Source: Myxococcota bacterium (GTDB lineage Bacteria; Myxococcota_A; Polyangia; Polyangiales; Sandaracinaceae). From it: a DNA stretch of 64,000 nucleotides. The notes under the pieces were generated by a model. The model was not told the origin of the DNA. It saw only the letters and a program-made list of their open reading frames with translations, and did not search any database. The first letter of the stretch is position 1, and each line of letters begins with the position of its first letter. Of this stretch, positions 22,412 through 34,076 are shown one piece after another. Made by a program: the position numbers and the translations under genes. The stretch is taken from NCBI GenBank assembly GCA_036149055.1, contig JAYZQJ010000133.1, forward strand, positions 1 to 64,000, in the 5' to 3' direction.

Positions 22412-23233
22412 GAAGCCGAGCCCGACACCGAGCCCGACGCCGAAACCGAATCCGAAGCCAAGCCCGACGCCGAAACCGGGCCCGAAACCGACACCGAGTC
22501 CGAAACCGAAACCGAAACCGAGCCCGAGCCCGAGTCCGACACCGAGTCCGACACCGAGTCCGACACCGAAACCGACACCGAGTCCGAACCCGACACCGAG
22601 TCCGACACCGAGTCCGACACCGAGTCCGACACCGAGTCCGACGCCGACACCGAGCCCGACGCCGACACCGAGCCCGAGCCCGAGCCCGAGTCCGACACCG
22701 AGCCCGACGCCGACACCAAACCCGACACCGAACCCGAACGCCGAGCTCCGTCGCAGCCCAAACACCGACGGGAGATGACGTGAGGCGACGAGCGAAGCGA
22801 GGTCGCCCACCGCCAACGGCAGGCGACGAGCGAAGCGAAGTCGCCGCACGAAGCCGAGAGGCGACGAGTGAAGCGAAGTCGCCGGGAAGCGCCAGCGCGG
22901 GCGACGAGCGAAGCGAGGTCGCCCGACGCACGAACACGGGAGGCGACGAGCGAAGCGAGGTCGCCGCACGAGCCACCCTGCCCGGTTCGATCCCGCGGCA
23001 GCGGGCGGCCAGCTCGCGCGAAGCGCGAGCGCGAGCCGCGTGGCTCACGCGCCCTGTTCGAGGGTGAGGAGCGCGGGACCCGCGGAGTCGAGCGAAGCGA
23101 GAATCCGCGCAATTGGGTGGGGGGGCCCCGCGGAGCCGGCTGACCCGTCACTGCGGAGGGTGCGGATGCACCCGGAGCGGTGGCGGGTCTGACGGCGCAG
23201 CGGGGGGGAGGGGCGGAAAGCCCCTCCCGGCAA
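22412..23233 (-). repeat. Composite structured repeat element, copy B (inverted relative to A)
   Basis: Starts TTGCCGGGAGGGGCTTTCCGCCCCTCCC 2 bp after the RMD1 stop; five palindromes at 22784, 22822, 22860, 22900 and 22942; hexamer tract at about 22412-22745. Confidence 0.9.
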
Positions 23234-23235
23234 AC

Positions 23236-24093
23236 TCAGTGCCACATCTCGAAGAGCGTCAGCCCGATCTCGAAGACGATGAGCCAGATGATCGCCTGCT
23301 CCGCGTGGTGGGCGCGGTTGGACTGGAGCACCGCGAGGAGGCTCGAGGCGCTCTCGTCGAGCAGCTCGATCTTGCGACCGAGCGCGCGGTGCCGCTCGCC
23401 GAGGTCGTATTCGTCGCTGAGCCGCAGCCAGAGGCGCTCGAGGTCGGGGCGGTCCCAGACGATGTCGGGCTTCTCGTCGACCTCGACCCGCCAGACCATC
23501 TCCTGCCGCACCGCCAGCGCGTGACCGATGCGGGCGACGAGGTCCTTGGCGCGGCGCGCGGTCTTGCCCTTGGTCCGCATGCGCTCGACCAGCGGCTGCA
23601 TCTCCTCGAAGACCTTGCCGATGGTCTGCTCGTGGTGGTCGAGCACCACGCTCTTGGCGAGCACGTCGGCCACCACCCGGAGGCGCAGCTCGCCGAGCGA
23701 GTCGAGGATGCAGTCGCCGTCCTCGTCGAGGCCCTCGGTGTGCCGACCGGGCAGCGCCCGCACCAGCACCTGGTCGACGACCGGCTCCACCGCGTCGACG
23801 ACCTTCTCCTTCAGCTCGTCGAGCAGCTCCCGCTCCTCCGCTTCGGTCAGCCCGACGGTGACCACCGCGCCGAACGGGAAGAGGATCGCCAGCCCGTCTC
23901 CGACCCGCCGCGTGTTCGGCTGGGTGACGGGCCGCCGCCGGCCTCCGGTGCGGAGGTCCAGCCGGCGTCCGAGGTAGAGCGCCCGCGTGAGGACCCGGTC
24001 GCCCGGGGCGAACCAGGGCTCGGGGGGAGCGGGCTGCGCGCCCGCGATGGCATGCACGATCGGTCCAGATAACGCTTCCCGGACCGCGGTCAA
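23236..24093 (-). CDS. RMD1/DUF155 family protein (start uncertain)
   Basis: FPFGAVV, LAKSVVLDHHE, EKPDIVWDRPDLERLW..EYDLGER and C-terminal IIWLIVFEI. Confidence 0.85.
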   Translation of the reverse strand: MTAVREALSGPIVHAIAGAQPAPPEPWFAPGDRVLTRALYLGRRLDLRTGGRRRPVTQPNTRRVGDGLAILFPFGAVVTVGLTEAEERELLDELKEKVVDAVEPVVDQVLVRALPGRHTEGLDEDGDCILDSLGELRLRVVADVLAKSVVLDHHEQTIGKVFEEMQPLVERMRTKGKTARRAKDLVARIGHALAVRQEMVWRVEVDEKPDIVWDRPDLERLWLRLSDEYDLGERHRALGRKIELLDESASSLLAVLQSNRAHHAEQAIIWLIVFEIGLTLFEMWH

Positions 24094-24125
24094 TGGCCAC
24101 CGCAGGCGCCACCCCCACCTTCAGG

Positions 24126-24959
24126 TCAGGGGCTGAGCGGGAGCAGGGTCTGGGTGCCCGGCTCGCCGCTGCCGGAGCGCATCGACGCGTCCTCCTTGAA
24201 GCGGAAGTTGCCGTCGGCGCCGACGCAGTAGTCGTAGCGGCGGTCCGATCCGGTCACGATCGTGTTGCCGTCGAGGGTGTAGGTGTCGGACTCGTTCACC
24301 GTCGAGTTGAAGGTGATGTCGCACTCGCACCCCGGCGCCTCGTCGCGGCAGGTGGCCATCCCGTTGGACCCGAGCGCGCTGTTGATCGCCGCCTCCGTGG
24401 CGCGACACGTGAAGATCTTGCAGCCCGGCCCGAGGTAGAAGGTGCCCGTCGCCTCGCTCATCACCATGCGGGTGAGCATGGTGCCGGTCAGCGTGGCGTT
24501 GCCGTCGATCATGCCCGAGGAGCTTCGCACCTCGATCTCGTCCAGCGTGCAGTCACGGGGCACGCCCATCTGCATCAGCACCGGACCGAGCAGCTCCTCC
24601 TTGGTCATGCAGACGTCGGCGTAGCACCAGCTCCCGACCTCGTCGCCGCCGCAGGCCGTGAAGGCCGGGCACATCTCCGCGATGCGGATGGTGCCCATCG
24701 AGCAGCTCAGCACCGGGGGCCCGGCGTCGGGGTCGGTCGTGCCCGAGTCCGGGTCGGTCGTGCCCGAGTCGGGGTCGGTCGTGCCGCCGTCCGGGTCGGT
24801 CGTGCCCGCGTCGGGCTCCGGCGTCTGGGCGTCGCCCGTGCTCACGCCCGAGTCGGTGGTGCCGGTCGACGCGTCCACGTCGACCTCGCCGCCATCACAG
24901 CCCGCCGCGGCGAGCGCCAGCGCGAGCCCGAGAGTCCATCCGAAGCGATCCATCATCAT
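24126..24959 (-). CDS. Cys-containing lipoprotein with TTDPDSG linker repeats
   Basis: AAGC lipobox; 21-bp repeats; CGGD..GSW; GGAGG upstream. Confidence 0.75.
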   Translation of the reverse strand: MMMDRFGWTLGLALALAAAGCDGGEVDVDASTGTTDSGVSTGDAQTPEPDAGTTDPDGGTTDPDSGTTDPDSGTTDPDAGPPVLSCSMGTIRIAEMCPAFTACGGDEVGSWCYADVCMTKEELLGPVLMQMGVPRDCTLDEIEVRSSSGMIDGNATLTGTMLTRMVMSEATGTFYLGPGCKIFTCRATEAAINSALGSNGMATCRDEAPGCECDITFNSTVNESDTYTLDGNTIVTGSDRRYDYCVGADGNFRFKEDASMRSGSGEPGTQTLLPLSP

Positions 24960-25031
24960 CTCCCTCCAAGACAAGTGGGCAGGGATAGCGGATGGACGCG
25001 CTCCTGGGAAGCCGGAGCCCCTGAACGGCGC

Positions 25032-25712
25032 TCACCAGCTCTCGACGTGTGGCCGGAGATCGAGCTCGAACGTCCAGGCCGAGCGGGGCTGGGTCGTCAG
25101 GTAGTGGGCCGCGTCGGCGATGGCGTCGGGGTCGAGCTTGGTCTCGTCGTCTCCGCCCGCCTCGCCGATCTGGCCGTCGATGATGAGGAGCGAGACGTGC
25201 ACGCCGCGGGGGCCGAGGTGGCGGGCCATCGCCTGGGCGAGGCTGCGCTGGGCCGCCTTGGCGGGCGCGAAGCCGGTGGTGAACGGCTTGCCGCGGAGCG
25301 ACGCGGTCGCGCCGACGAACACGATGTTGCCCGTGCCCTTCGGCAGCATGTCCACGAGCGCCTGCTTGCTGGCGAGGAACCCGCCCAGCGCGTTGACGCG
25401 CCAGCCCCGCTCGAAGTCGGCCGCCCCGAGCTCCTCGATGTTGCCCCACGAGCCCGAGCCCGCGTTGAACACCAGCACCTCGACCGGCCCGAGATCCGCG
25501 CGCACCGCGGCGAACGCCTCCTTCACCGACGCCTCGTCCGACACGTCGCACGCGTAGGCCTTCGCGTCCCCCAGCTCCTCGGCGAGCTCGGCGGACAGCG
25601 CGGTCGAGCGCGACAGCAGCCCGACCGCGTACCCCTCGCGGCTGAACCTCCGGGCGAACGCCGCCCCGTTCTTCGGTCCGATCCCACAGACGACACACAC
25701 GGGCTTGCTCAT
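25032..25712 (-). CDS. Short-chain dehydrogenase/reductase
   Basis: GIGPKNG, VFNAG, GATASLRG, FAPAK and WTFELDLRP. Confidence 0.88.
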   Translation of the reverse strand: MSKPVCVVCGIGPKNGAAFARRFSREGYAVGLLSRSTALSAELAEELGDAKAYACDVSDEASVKEAFAAVRADLGPVEVLVFNAGSGSWGNIEELGAADFERGWRVNALGGFLASKQALVDMLPKGTGNIVFVGATASLRGKPFTTGFAPAKAAQRSLAQAMARHLGPRGVHVSLLIIDGQIGEAGGDDETKLDPDAIADAAHYLTTQPRSAWTFELDLRPHVESW

Positions 25713-25769
25713 GTCGTGCGAGTACCACGCGCCCCGCTCCCCCGAGTAGGCCCCATCCCGGGACGCCGA

Positions 25770-26141
25770 TCAGGTCGCGGGCTGGGCGGCGCGCCAGAGC
25801 CAGAGCGCGGCCAGGGTCATGGCGCCGGTCTCCACCGCGACCAGGAGCCACTGCTTCGCGACGATCCCGTCGACCACCATGCCGAGGAGCCGCGCCGCGA
25901 GCGCGCCGGCCATGAAGTAGAAGATCACGGAGGGGACGCTCGTCGACCAGGGGCGCAGCGCGGGGATGGCGATGAAGGACAGCCCCACCCCGAGCAGCAT
26001 GCCCCCGCGGACCCGGCGCTCGACCGCCTCGAAGAGGTCGGCGGGGGCCGCGCCGGTGAGGGGGCCGAACCAGCCGGGGAACGCGGCGGCGGCGACGCCG
26101 ACGATGGCCAGGACGATCCCGAAGGTGCGAAATCCAGTCAT
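25770..26141 (-). CDS. Small membrane protein (DUF4345-like)
   Basis: Four hydrophobic segments; follows the SDR gene in the same orientation. Confidence 0.65.
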   Translation of the reverse strand: MTGFRTFGIVLAIVGVAAAAFPGWFGPLTGAAPADLFEAVERRVRGGMLLGVGLSFIAIPALRPWSTSVPSVIFYFMAGALAARLLGMVVDGIVAKQWLLVAVETGAMTLAALWLWRAAQPAT

Positions 26142-26168
26142 GCGAGGCTCCTCCGCGTCATCGGGCGC

Positions 26169-27116
26169 TCAGAGCGGCCACTCGAAGCCGGTCGCTCGCT
26201 CCGACCGATCCCACAGGCGCTCCATCACCGACTTGTCGTGGGCGTAGGGCTCCAGGGTGCCTCTCCCGACGGGACCGACCCACTCCATCGCGCCGGTGGG
26301 GCCGTAGAGCGCCCTCGCCTCGAGGCCGGGCTCGGTGGCGCACATCACCTCCGGGTAGGCGCCCCTCTCGGCCGACTGCACCATCGGCGAGAGGGACATG
26401 AGCCCGAACGCCATGCGGGTCATCAGGTTGCCGCTGGTCTCGATGAGGGAGGTCTTCGACGAGCCGGGGTGGCAGACGAAGACGCCGACATCTTTGCCTG
26501 CGGACTGCAGGCGGTCCTGCAGCTCGTAGGCGAACATCATCTGCGCGAGCTTGCTCTGGGAGTAGGCGCTGTTCTGCTGGTAGCCCTCGTCCCAGTTCAG
26601 GTCGTCGAGCTTGATGGTGCGCAGGCCCATCTTGTAGCCGAGGCTCGCGACCACCACGACGCGGCCCTTCGACTCCTCGATGCGCTCGAAGAGCAGCCCG
26701 CAGAGCAGGAAGTGACCGTAGTGGTTGGTGCCGAGCTGGCTCTCGAAGCCGTCCACGGTGAGCTTCTGGGTGGGCACCTGCGCGATGGCCGCGTTGCAGA
26801 TGAGCGCGTCGATCCGGGGCACCGTCTCCAGGACCTCCGCCGCCGCCTCACGCACGCTCGCCAGCACCGCCAGGTCCATGCGCACGAAGGACACGTCGGC
26901 GTCGGCGCCCAGCTCCTCCTTCAGCTTCGCGATGGCGGCGGCCGACTTCTCCGGGTTCCGGTTCAGCATCACCACGCGCGCGCCCCTGGAGAGGAGCAGG
27001 CGCGTCGCCTCGAACCCGGTGCCCGAGTTGGCGCCGGTGATCAGATAGGTCTTGCCTGCGAGCGAGCCGAGTCGCTCCGGGGTCCAGCCCTTCGGTCCGA
27101 ATGTCGTGTCTGCCAT
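26169..27116 (-). CDS. SDR oxidoreductase (retinol dehydrogenase-like)
   Basis: TGANSGTG, CNAA, GTNHYGHF, YSQSK and HPG. Confidence 0.9.
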   Translation of the reverse strand: MADTTFGPKGWTPERLGSLAGKTYLITGANSGTGFEATRLLLSRGARVVMLNRNPEKSAAAIAKLKEELGADADVSFVRMDLAVLASVREAAAEVLETVPRIDALICNAAIAQVPTQKLTVDGFESQLGTNHYGHFLLCGLLFERIEESKGRVVVVASLGYKMGLRTIKLDDLNWDEGYQQNSAYSQSKLAQMMFAYELQDRLQSAGKDVGVFVCHPGSSKTSLIETSGNLMTRMAFGLMSLSPMVQSAERGAYPEVMCATEPGLEARALYGPTGAMEWVGPVGRGTLEPYAHDKSVMERLWDRSERATGFEWPL

Positions 27117-27211
27117 GGTTCGAGCTCCTTCTTGCTCTCTCCAACCTAGGCAGGGCTCGCGACACCGAGCTGTCCCTGCGCGCCATTTCGCTGCCTTCGG
27201 GCGCCATCGCG

Positions 27212-28204
27212 TCAGGCCGTCGCCAGCTCTTGCCGCAGCGTCTCGGGCGTCGTCCCCGTCCACCGCTGGAACGCGCGGAAGAAGGAGGTCGCCTCGTCGA
27301 AGCCGAGCAGGTAGGCGATCTCGGTGGCGGTCAGGTGGGTGCGGCGGAGGTACTGACGGGCCAGGCTCTCGCGCGTCTCGTCCACCACCGCCTTGAAGCT
27401 CGTGCCCTCGCTGCGCAGGCGACGCTGGAGCGTCCGCGAGCTCACCGCGAGCCGGCGCGCGACGGTGTCCACGCCGCCCTGACCGCTCGGCAGCGCCTCC
27501 ATGAGCACCGCGCGCGTGCGATCGGCGAACGTCGCGTCCTGCTCGAGGTCGGCGAGTCGCCGCCGCAGCTCCGGCTCGAAGACGCTCCACATCGCCTGGT
27601 TGGCGGTGCGGAACGGCTCACGGGCGTCCGCCGCGTCGAAGGTCACGCGGGTGACGTCGCCGCGGCTCATGCGGACGCCGAGGTAGTCCTCGAACGGCCG
27701 CGGGTCGCGGGGCAGCGCGGGCACCGTCACCGACGTCGGCCGGACCAGCTGCCTCGTGCCCAGCCGCGCGAGCCGGGTGACGAAGAGCGCCTCGCTCCCG
27801 TGCATCGCCGCGGGGACGTGGGCGACCTTCCACCGATAGGTGAGCACGAGGCCCTCGTCGGCGTCACGGACGTCGAGCGCGACCGGCCCCATGAGCGGCT
27901 TGAAGCGCGCCAGCCGCTCGGCCGCCGTCGCGAGGTCCGGGCTGCACAGCGGCGCGAACACCGCCGGCGTGAAGTACTCGGGCTTCATCGCCTCGGTCAG
28001 GCGGACCCAGAATTGCGGATCCACGCCGGCGTCGAGGGCCTCGAAGAAGCGGAGGAACGAGTCGGTGCTGAGCCGGACGTCGTCGTGGTTCAGCAGATCA
28101 TCCGGAAGCTTGGCGCGCCGGAGCACCTCGACGTGGTCGACCCCCGCCTCGGCGAGGATGCCCTTCCACCCCTCTCCGATCGCATAGGTCCGCTCGCCCG
28201 CCAT
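27212..28204 (-). CDS. AraC family transcriptional regulator
   Basis: SSRTLQRRL..EGTSF and EIAYLLGFDEATSFFRAFQRWTGTTP. Confidence 0.92.
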   Translation of the reverse strand: MAGERTYAIGEGWKGILAEAGVDHVEVLRRAKLPDDLLNHDDVRLSTDSFLRFFEALDAGVDPQFWVRLTEAMKPEYFTPAVFAPLCSPDLATAAERLARFKPLMGPVALDVRDADEGLVLTYRWKVAHVPAAMHGSEALFVTRLARLGTRQLVRPTSVTVPALPRDPRPFEDYLGVRMSRGDVTRVTFDAADAREPFRTANQAMWSVFEPELRRRLADLEQDATFADRTRAVLMEALPSGQGGVDTVARRLAVSSRTLQRRLRSEGTSFKAVVDETRESLARQYLRRTHLTATEIAYLLGFDEATSFFRAFQRWTGTTPETLRQELATA

Positions 28205-28378
28205 GGAACCTCCTGCTCGCAGCCTAGCCAGGATGGAGGACCTCCACCGCCGCGCGGAGGCCTCCCCTCGCCCTCCCAGCTTGGGGGAGGACCCGCTCCG
28301 ACACACTGTCCATGCGCGCCAGATCGCTGGCTTGCGGCGCCAGGCCCGCTCGCGCGGCGTCCGACGGCAGCCCAGCGA

Positions 28379-29014
28379 TCAGCCGACCGGACGCGCGGTC
28401 CGCCGCAGCCAGACCCAGCCGAGCAGGAGCAGCCCGAGGCCGGCGAGCGACACCCAGCTGCCGGCGCGGCCGCGCGCCGCCTTCGACTCCGGGATCAAGC
28501 GGAAGCCCGCGTCGGCGAAGGTTAGCCCACGGCCCTCGAGGCGGCGGCGGAAGTCGAGCCGGTCGGACTCGGTGGTGAAGCCCTCCCAGCGCCCCGGCCC
28601 GGCGGGCGCGTCGGCGGCGAGCAGGGCGGCGACCACCACGCCGTCGGAGGAGGAGGTGACGGGCGTGTAGCAGGACTCCCCTCCCCGGCGGTCCCGACGG
28701 CAGAGGCGATGCGCCGGGCGCGCGAAGCCGCGGAGCTCCACGTAGTCGCCGGCCTCGCCCTCGCCGCGCTCGAGCGCCGCGAGGTCCACCGGCTCCACCT
28801 CGACCCGCGCCGCGTGCGCGACCATGCCGACGCCCACGAGGGCCATCACCCCGCCGCTCACGAGCAAGGCGAGCGGCCTCACCCGGGCCCGCAGCCACGT
28901 CGCGCGCCGAGCCCGGGTCTCCGCGTCCCCGCCCCGGAAGAGCAGCGCGCCCCCGATCACCAGCCCCGACGAGACGAGCACCGCGATCGCCGCGACGATG
29001 TCCCCGTCACTCAT
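28379..29014 (-). CDS. Hypothetical membrane protein
   Basis: Three hydrophobic segments; fills the gap between the AraC and ATPase genes. Confidence 0.6.
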   Translation of the reverse strand: MSDGDIVAAIAVLVSSGLVIGGALLFRGGDAETRARRATWLRARVRPLALLVSGGVMALVGVGMVAHAARVEVEPVDLAALERGEGEAGDYVELRGFARPAHRLCRRDRRGGESCYTPVTSSSDGVVVAALLAADAPAGPGRWEGFTTESDRLDFRRRLEGRGLTFADAGFRLIPESKAARGRAGSWVSLAGLGLLLLGWVWLRRTARPVG

Positions 29015-29077
29015 CCGCGAACGAGAGCAGGCTCTCGGCGCCGACGCAACACGGGCTCCTCGTGATACGCAGGGAGG

Positions 29078-29794
29078 GTGCAACACGGCTTCGTGCGCGG
29101 CGTTCGCTTCGAGCGCGAGAGGGTGCCCGACTTCGGGCGCTACCCGTTCGCCATCCCGGCGGTGCGCGACCTCGAGACGCTCGAGCTCGACCCGGGGGTG
29201 ACGTTCCTCATCGGCGAGAACGGGAGCGGAAAGTCGACGCTGATCGAGGCGCTCGCCATCGTGCTCGGGCTCAACGCGGAGGGCGGGAGCCAGAACTTCA
29301 GGGTCGCCGAGCGGCCGAGCGAGTCGGAGCTGCATCGCTACCTGACGCCGATCCGGTCGCACCGGCGACCGCGGCGACGCTTCTTCCTCCGGGCCGAGAG
29401 CCTCTTCAACGTGGCCACCGAGGTCGAGCGGCTCGAGCTCGACGAGTACGGGTGGAAGGCGCTTCACGATCGCTCGCACGGAGAGGCGTTCCTCTGGCTG
29501 CTTCGCGACCGGTTCGTGCCGGGCGGCCTCTACCTGCTCGACGAGCCCGAGGCTGCGCTCTCGCCCAAGCGGCAGCTCGCGATGCTGACGCGCATGCAGG
29601 AGCTGGTGCGCGGGGGCTCGCAGCTCGTCGTCGCCACCCACTCACCGATCCTCATGGCCTACCCGGGCGCGAAGATCCTGCTGCTCGACGAGGCGGGGAT
29701 GCGCCCGGTGCGGTACGAGGACACCGAGCACGTGCAGATCACGCGCGACTTCCTGAACGAGCCGAGCCGGTACCTGAGGCACCTCCTGGACTGA
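29078..29794 (+). CDS. Predicted ABC/AAA-type ATPase (COG3910-like)
   Basis: GENGSGKS, FFLRAES, SHGE, LLDEPE and ATHSPIL. Confidence 0.88.
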   Translation: MQHGFVRGVRFERERVPDFGRYPFAIPAVRDLETLELDPGVTFLIGENGSGKSTLIEALAIVLGLNAEGGSQNFRVAERPSESELHRYLTPIRSHRRPRRRFFLRAESLFNVATEVERLELDEYGWKALHDRSHGEAFLWLLRDRFVPGGLYLLDEPEAALSPKRQLAMLTRMQELVRGGSQLVVATHSPILMAYPGAKILLLDEAGMRPVRYEDTEHVQITRDFLNEPSRYLRHLLD

Positions 29795-29815
29795 CGCGGC
29801 TCGTCGCCGCGCCCG

Positions 29816-31228
<1,413 letters not shown>

Positions 31229-31242
31229 GGTGTCTCCCGCGC

Positions 31243-32568
31243 TCAGCGTGGCTGGCAGCGCATGCCGGACGTCGTAGCAGGATCGTCGCCGTCGAGCCCG
31301 GAGCAGAGGAAGACGTAGACCCGGTCGCGCCCCGGCGCCGACGCGACGAGCTCGTCGCGGCCGTCGAGCCCCGGCGCCGCGGCCACCGCCCAGCCCAGCA
31401 TGTCGCCCGTGCCCGGGCTCGGGTGCCGCAGCGCCACGACCTCCGCCGACAGATCGGACAGCGCCGCCGCGCCCCGGAACACCCAGACCGCGCCCGCGCC
31501 GCCCACGTCGTCCACGTCCGCGGTGCGCGCGCCGACGATCAGCTCGCCGCGTCCGTCGCCGTCGAGGTCGCCGATCGCGAGGGCCGACCCGAAGGCCGAC
31601 GCGTCGTCGCAGGCCGCGCCGTTCTGCGCGCTCGGGCAGGCGAGCTCGGCCGCGACCGGCCAGGAGCCGTCGCAGGTGCCCTCGACCGGGAGCGCGGCGC
31701 CGTCGTAGACGCGCACCACGCTCAGCCGCGCCCCGCCGCCGGGCCCGCTCGAGACCGCGAGGTCGGGCGCGCCGTCGCCGTTCAGGTCGCCGACGGCCAG
31801 CGCCTCGCCCCAGCCCTCGGCCGCGTCGTCCAGGCAGTCGCGCACCGACACGGAGCCCGCGTCGGCGGTGGCGACGACGAGCCGCTTGGTCCCGCCGGCC
31901 GAGGCGGCGGCGGCGAGCAGCACGGAGTCGGCGTCGATCGCGGCGATCGCGACCCGGCGCCCGAGCTCGGCGCCCGCGCCCGCGCCGCCCGAGAGATCGA
32001 CCGCGATCGGGCCGCCGGTCTCGGGGAGGCGATAGACCGCGCCCGCGCCGCCGCCCGCCCCGGGGGCGCCGAAGAGCGCGACCCCGAACGGGTGCGGCGC
32101 CCGGAGCGACGCGGCCGAGAAGCCGAAGCGCTGCCCGCCGGGCCCGGTGACGGTGCTGGTGAGGGTGGCGTCGTCCTCGCAGCGCAGCTCGACGGTGCCC
32201 GACTCGGGCGCGACCGCGCCGACGCAGCGCTCGCGGCCGCCGTAGCGCGGCAGCCCGACCAAGGTGGCCCCGGCGCCGGTCGCGCACGGCGCGTCGACGT
32301 CGCAGCCGTCGAGGATGGGGCCGTCGAGGCGGAGCTCGCCGTCGATGTGGAGCGGGTAGACGGTGAACGGAGAGTCGACGCCCGCGCCGGCGCCGATGCG
32401 CGAGCCGGACGCGTCCCCGAAGGCGACGATCTGCTCGCCGAAGCCGGCCTTGGGGTAGTCGTCCGGCGGCGCGAGCGCGACCACCTGCGACTCGCCGCGC
32501 AGATCCTCGAACTCGGTCGGCACGCAGCCGACGATCAGGAGCGCGCTCACGGCGAACACGGGGCGCAT
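31243..32568 (-). CDS. FG-GAP repeat lipoprotein
   Basis: IVGC lipobox; [28 protein letters not shown] and GAGAVWVF. Confidence 0.82.
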   Translation of the reverse strand: MRPVFAVSALLIVGCVPTEFEDLRGESQVVALAPPDDYPKAGFGEQIVAFGDASGSRIGAGAGVDSPFTVYPLHIDGELRLDGPILDGCDVDAPCATGAGATLVGLPRYGGRERCVGAVAPESGTVELRCEDDATLTSTVTGPGGQRFGFSAASLRAPHPFGVALFGAPGAGGGAGAVYRLPETGGPIAVDLSGGAGAGAELGRRVAIAAIDADSVLLAAAASAGGTKRLVVATADAGSVSVRDCLDDAAEGWGEALAVGDLNGDGAPDLAVSSGPGGGARLSVVRVYDGAALPVEGTCDGSWPVAAELACPSAQNGAACDDASAFGSALAIGDLDGDGRGELIVGARTADVDDVGGAGAVWVFRGAAALSDLSAEVVALRHPSPGTGDMLGWAVAAAPGLDGRDELVASAPGRDRVYVFLCSGLDGDDPATTSGMRCQPR

Positions 32569-34019
32569 CAGAACCTCCCCGTGAAGCCGAGGCTGGCCGC
32601 GCCGTTCACCGGGTCGATCATCGGCGCGAACGCCCAGTCGCGCGCCTCGCGGACCGAGCCCTCGCTCGGCGGCAGCGGGTCGTAGAGGAAGTAGTAGAGC
32701 GCGAGCCCGCCGAGGATCACGCTCAGCCCGAAGGCGGCGTCGGCGGCGATGTAGAGGTAGAGGCCCTGGTCGAAGCGCGGGTCGTCGCTGGTGAGCCGCC
32801 CCGCCTCCTGCTCGGCGCGGAGGCCGCTCATCCAGTCGTTGCCGAGCAGCGCGAGGGTCACCCCGCCGCCGATGAAGAGCGCGGTGAAGACGCTGGTCAC
32901 CCAGGCGCTCCCCCGGTCGACGCCGGGGCGGAGGCGCACGCGCATCGGGGTGAGCTGCCCGTTCTCGATGGTCACCTGGGCCTCGAAGGCCTTCATGCCC
33001 TCCGACTCCACCCGCACCCGGTGCGGGCCCGCCGAGACCTGCCCCTCGTAGGGCACCTCGCCGACCTGCACGTCGTCGACGAGCACCCGCGCGCCCTCGA
33101 CGTTGGCGACCACCCGCAGGCGGCCGTACTCGACCCGGCTCAGCTCGAGCTGCACCGTGACGTCCTCGCCGACGCCGACCTCGACCTCGCGCTGGGCGAG
33201 CTGATAACCGGGCCGCTCGACCCAGATCTGGTGCGCGCCCACGGGGATCGGCGCCTCGAACGGCGTCTGCCCGCGCGGGCCCTGCGCGCGGTCGTCGATG
33301 TAGACCTGCGCCCCGGCGACGTCGCTCTGCACCCGGAGGTAGCCGAGGAACTCGCCCTGGCTCATCTCCACGATGACCACGTAGACCTTGCCCGGATCGA
33401 TCGAGACGCCTTGCTCCACCGTCTGGAAGTCGGGGTGCTCGACGACCACGTGATAGCGCCCCTCCGCGAGGGTGTGGGCGAAGGGCGTCGGCCCGCTCGA
33501 GACCTCGCGGTCTCCGTCCATCACCCGGATGGTCGCGCCGGCGGGGTTGGTGCGCACCGACAGGAGCGACATGAGGTTCTCGAGCGACTCCACCGGCTCG
33601 GGCGCCTCCTCGGGCGCCGGCGTCTCGGCCGGCTCGGGCGGCTCCGTCCCCTCGGGCGGGCTCTCCACCGGCGGCGGCGCGGCGGCCGCGCGCAGGCTCG
33701 CGATCCGCTCGCGCACCGACGCCGCGTCGGCGCTGCCCGGATCGGTCGAGAGGTAGCGCTCGAAGTAGTCGGCCGCGCGCCCCGGCTGCCCGGCGCGCTC
33801 GAGCGCCACGCCCGCGTTGTAGAGGAAGGCGCTGAACGGCTGCGCCTCGTAGGCCGCCTCGAACTCCGCCGCCGCCTCCTCGAACCGCGCCTGCAGGTAG
33901 AGCGCCTGACCGCGCTCCATGTGCTGCCGCGCGCGCTCGATCGCGCCTCCGTCATCCGTCTGCGCCCGCGCGGTCGCCGCCGAGAGCAGCACCGCGCAGG
34001 CCACCATCACCCATCGCAT
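32568..34019 (-). CDS. Secreted TPR + PEGA domain protein
   Basis: Signal peptide; TPR ([13 protein letters not shown]); three PEGA-like repeats; C-terminal hydrophobic helices ending in F. Confidence 0.82.
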   Translation of the reverse strand: MRWVMVACAVLLSAATARAQTDDGGAIERARQHMERGQALYLQARFEEAAAEFEAAYEAQPFSAFLYNAGVALERAGQPGRAADYFERYLSTDPGSADAASVRERIASLRAAAAPPPVESPPEGTEPPEPAETPAPEEAPEPVESLENLMSLLSVRTNPAGATIRVMDGDREVSSGPTPFAHTLAEGRYHVVVEHPDFQTVEQGVSIDPGKVYVVIVEMSQGEFLGYLRVQSDVAGAQVYIDDRAQGPRGQTPFEAPIPVGAHQIWVERPGYQLAQREVEVGVGEDVTVQLELSRVEYGRLRVVANVEGARVLVDDVQVGEVPYEGQVSAGPHRVRVESEGMKAFEAQVTIENGQLTPMRVRLRPGVDRGSAWVTSVFTALFIGGGVTLALLGNDWMSGLRAEQEAGRLTSDDPRFDQGLYLYIAADAAFGLSVILGGLALYYFLYDPLPPSEGSVREARDWAFAPMIDPVNGAASLGFTGRF

Positions 34020-34076
34020 TCGCGTCTCTCCCCTCGCCCCGACTCTATCGCATCGAGGGGGCGGGCAGCGACGGCG

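Noticed and set aside
22981..22998. T-loop-like CCGGTTCGATCCCG within the repeat element (also antisense near 18292-18307)
   Set aside because: The stem is imperfect and there is no cloverleaf, so it is not called as a tRNA or tRNA fragment.
29078..29794. ATPase as part of an anti-phage defence system
   Set aside because: It is a stand-alone COG3910-like ATPase with no nuclease or other partner gene.
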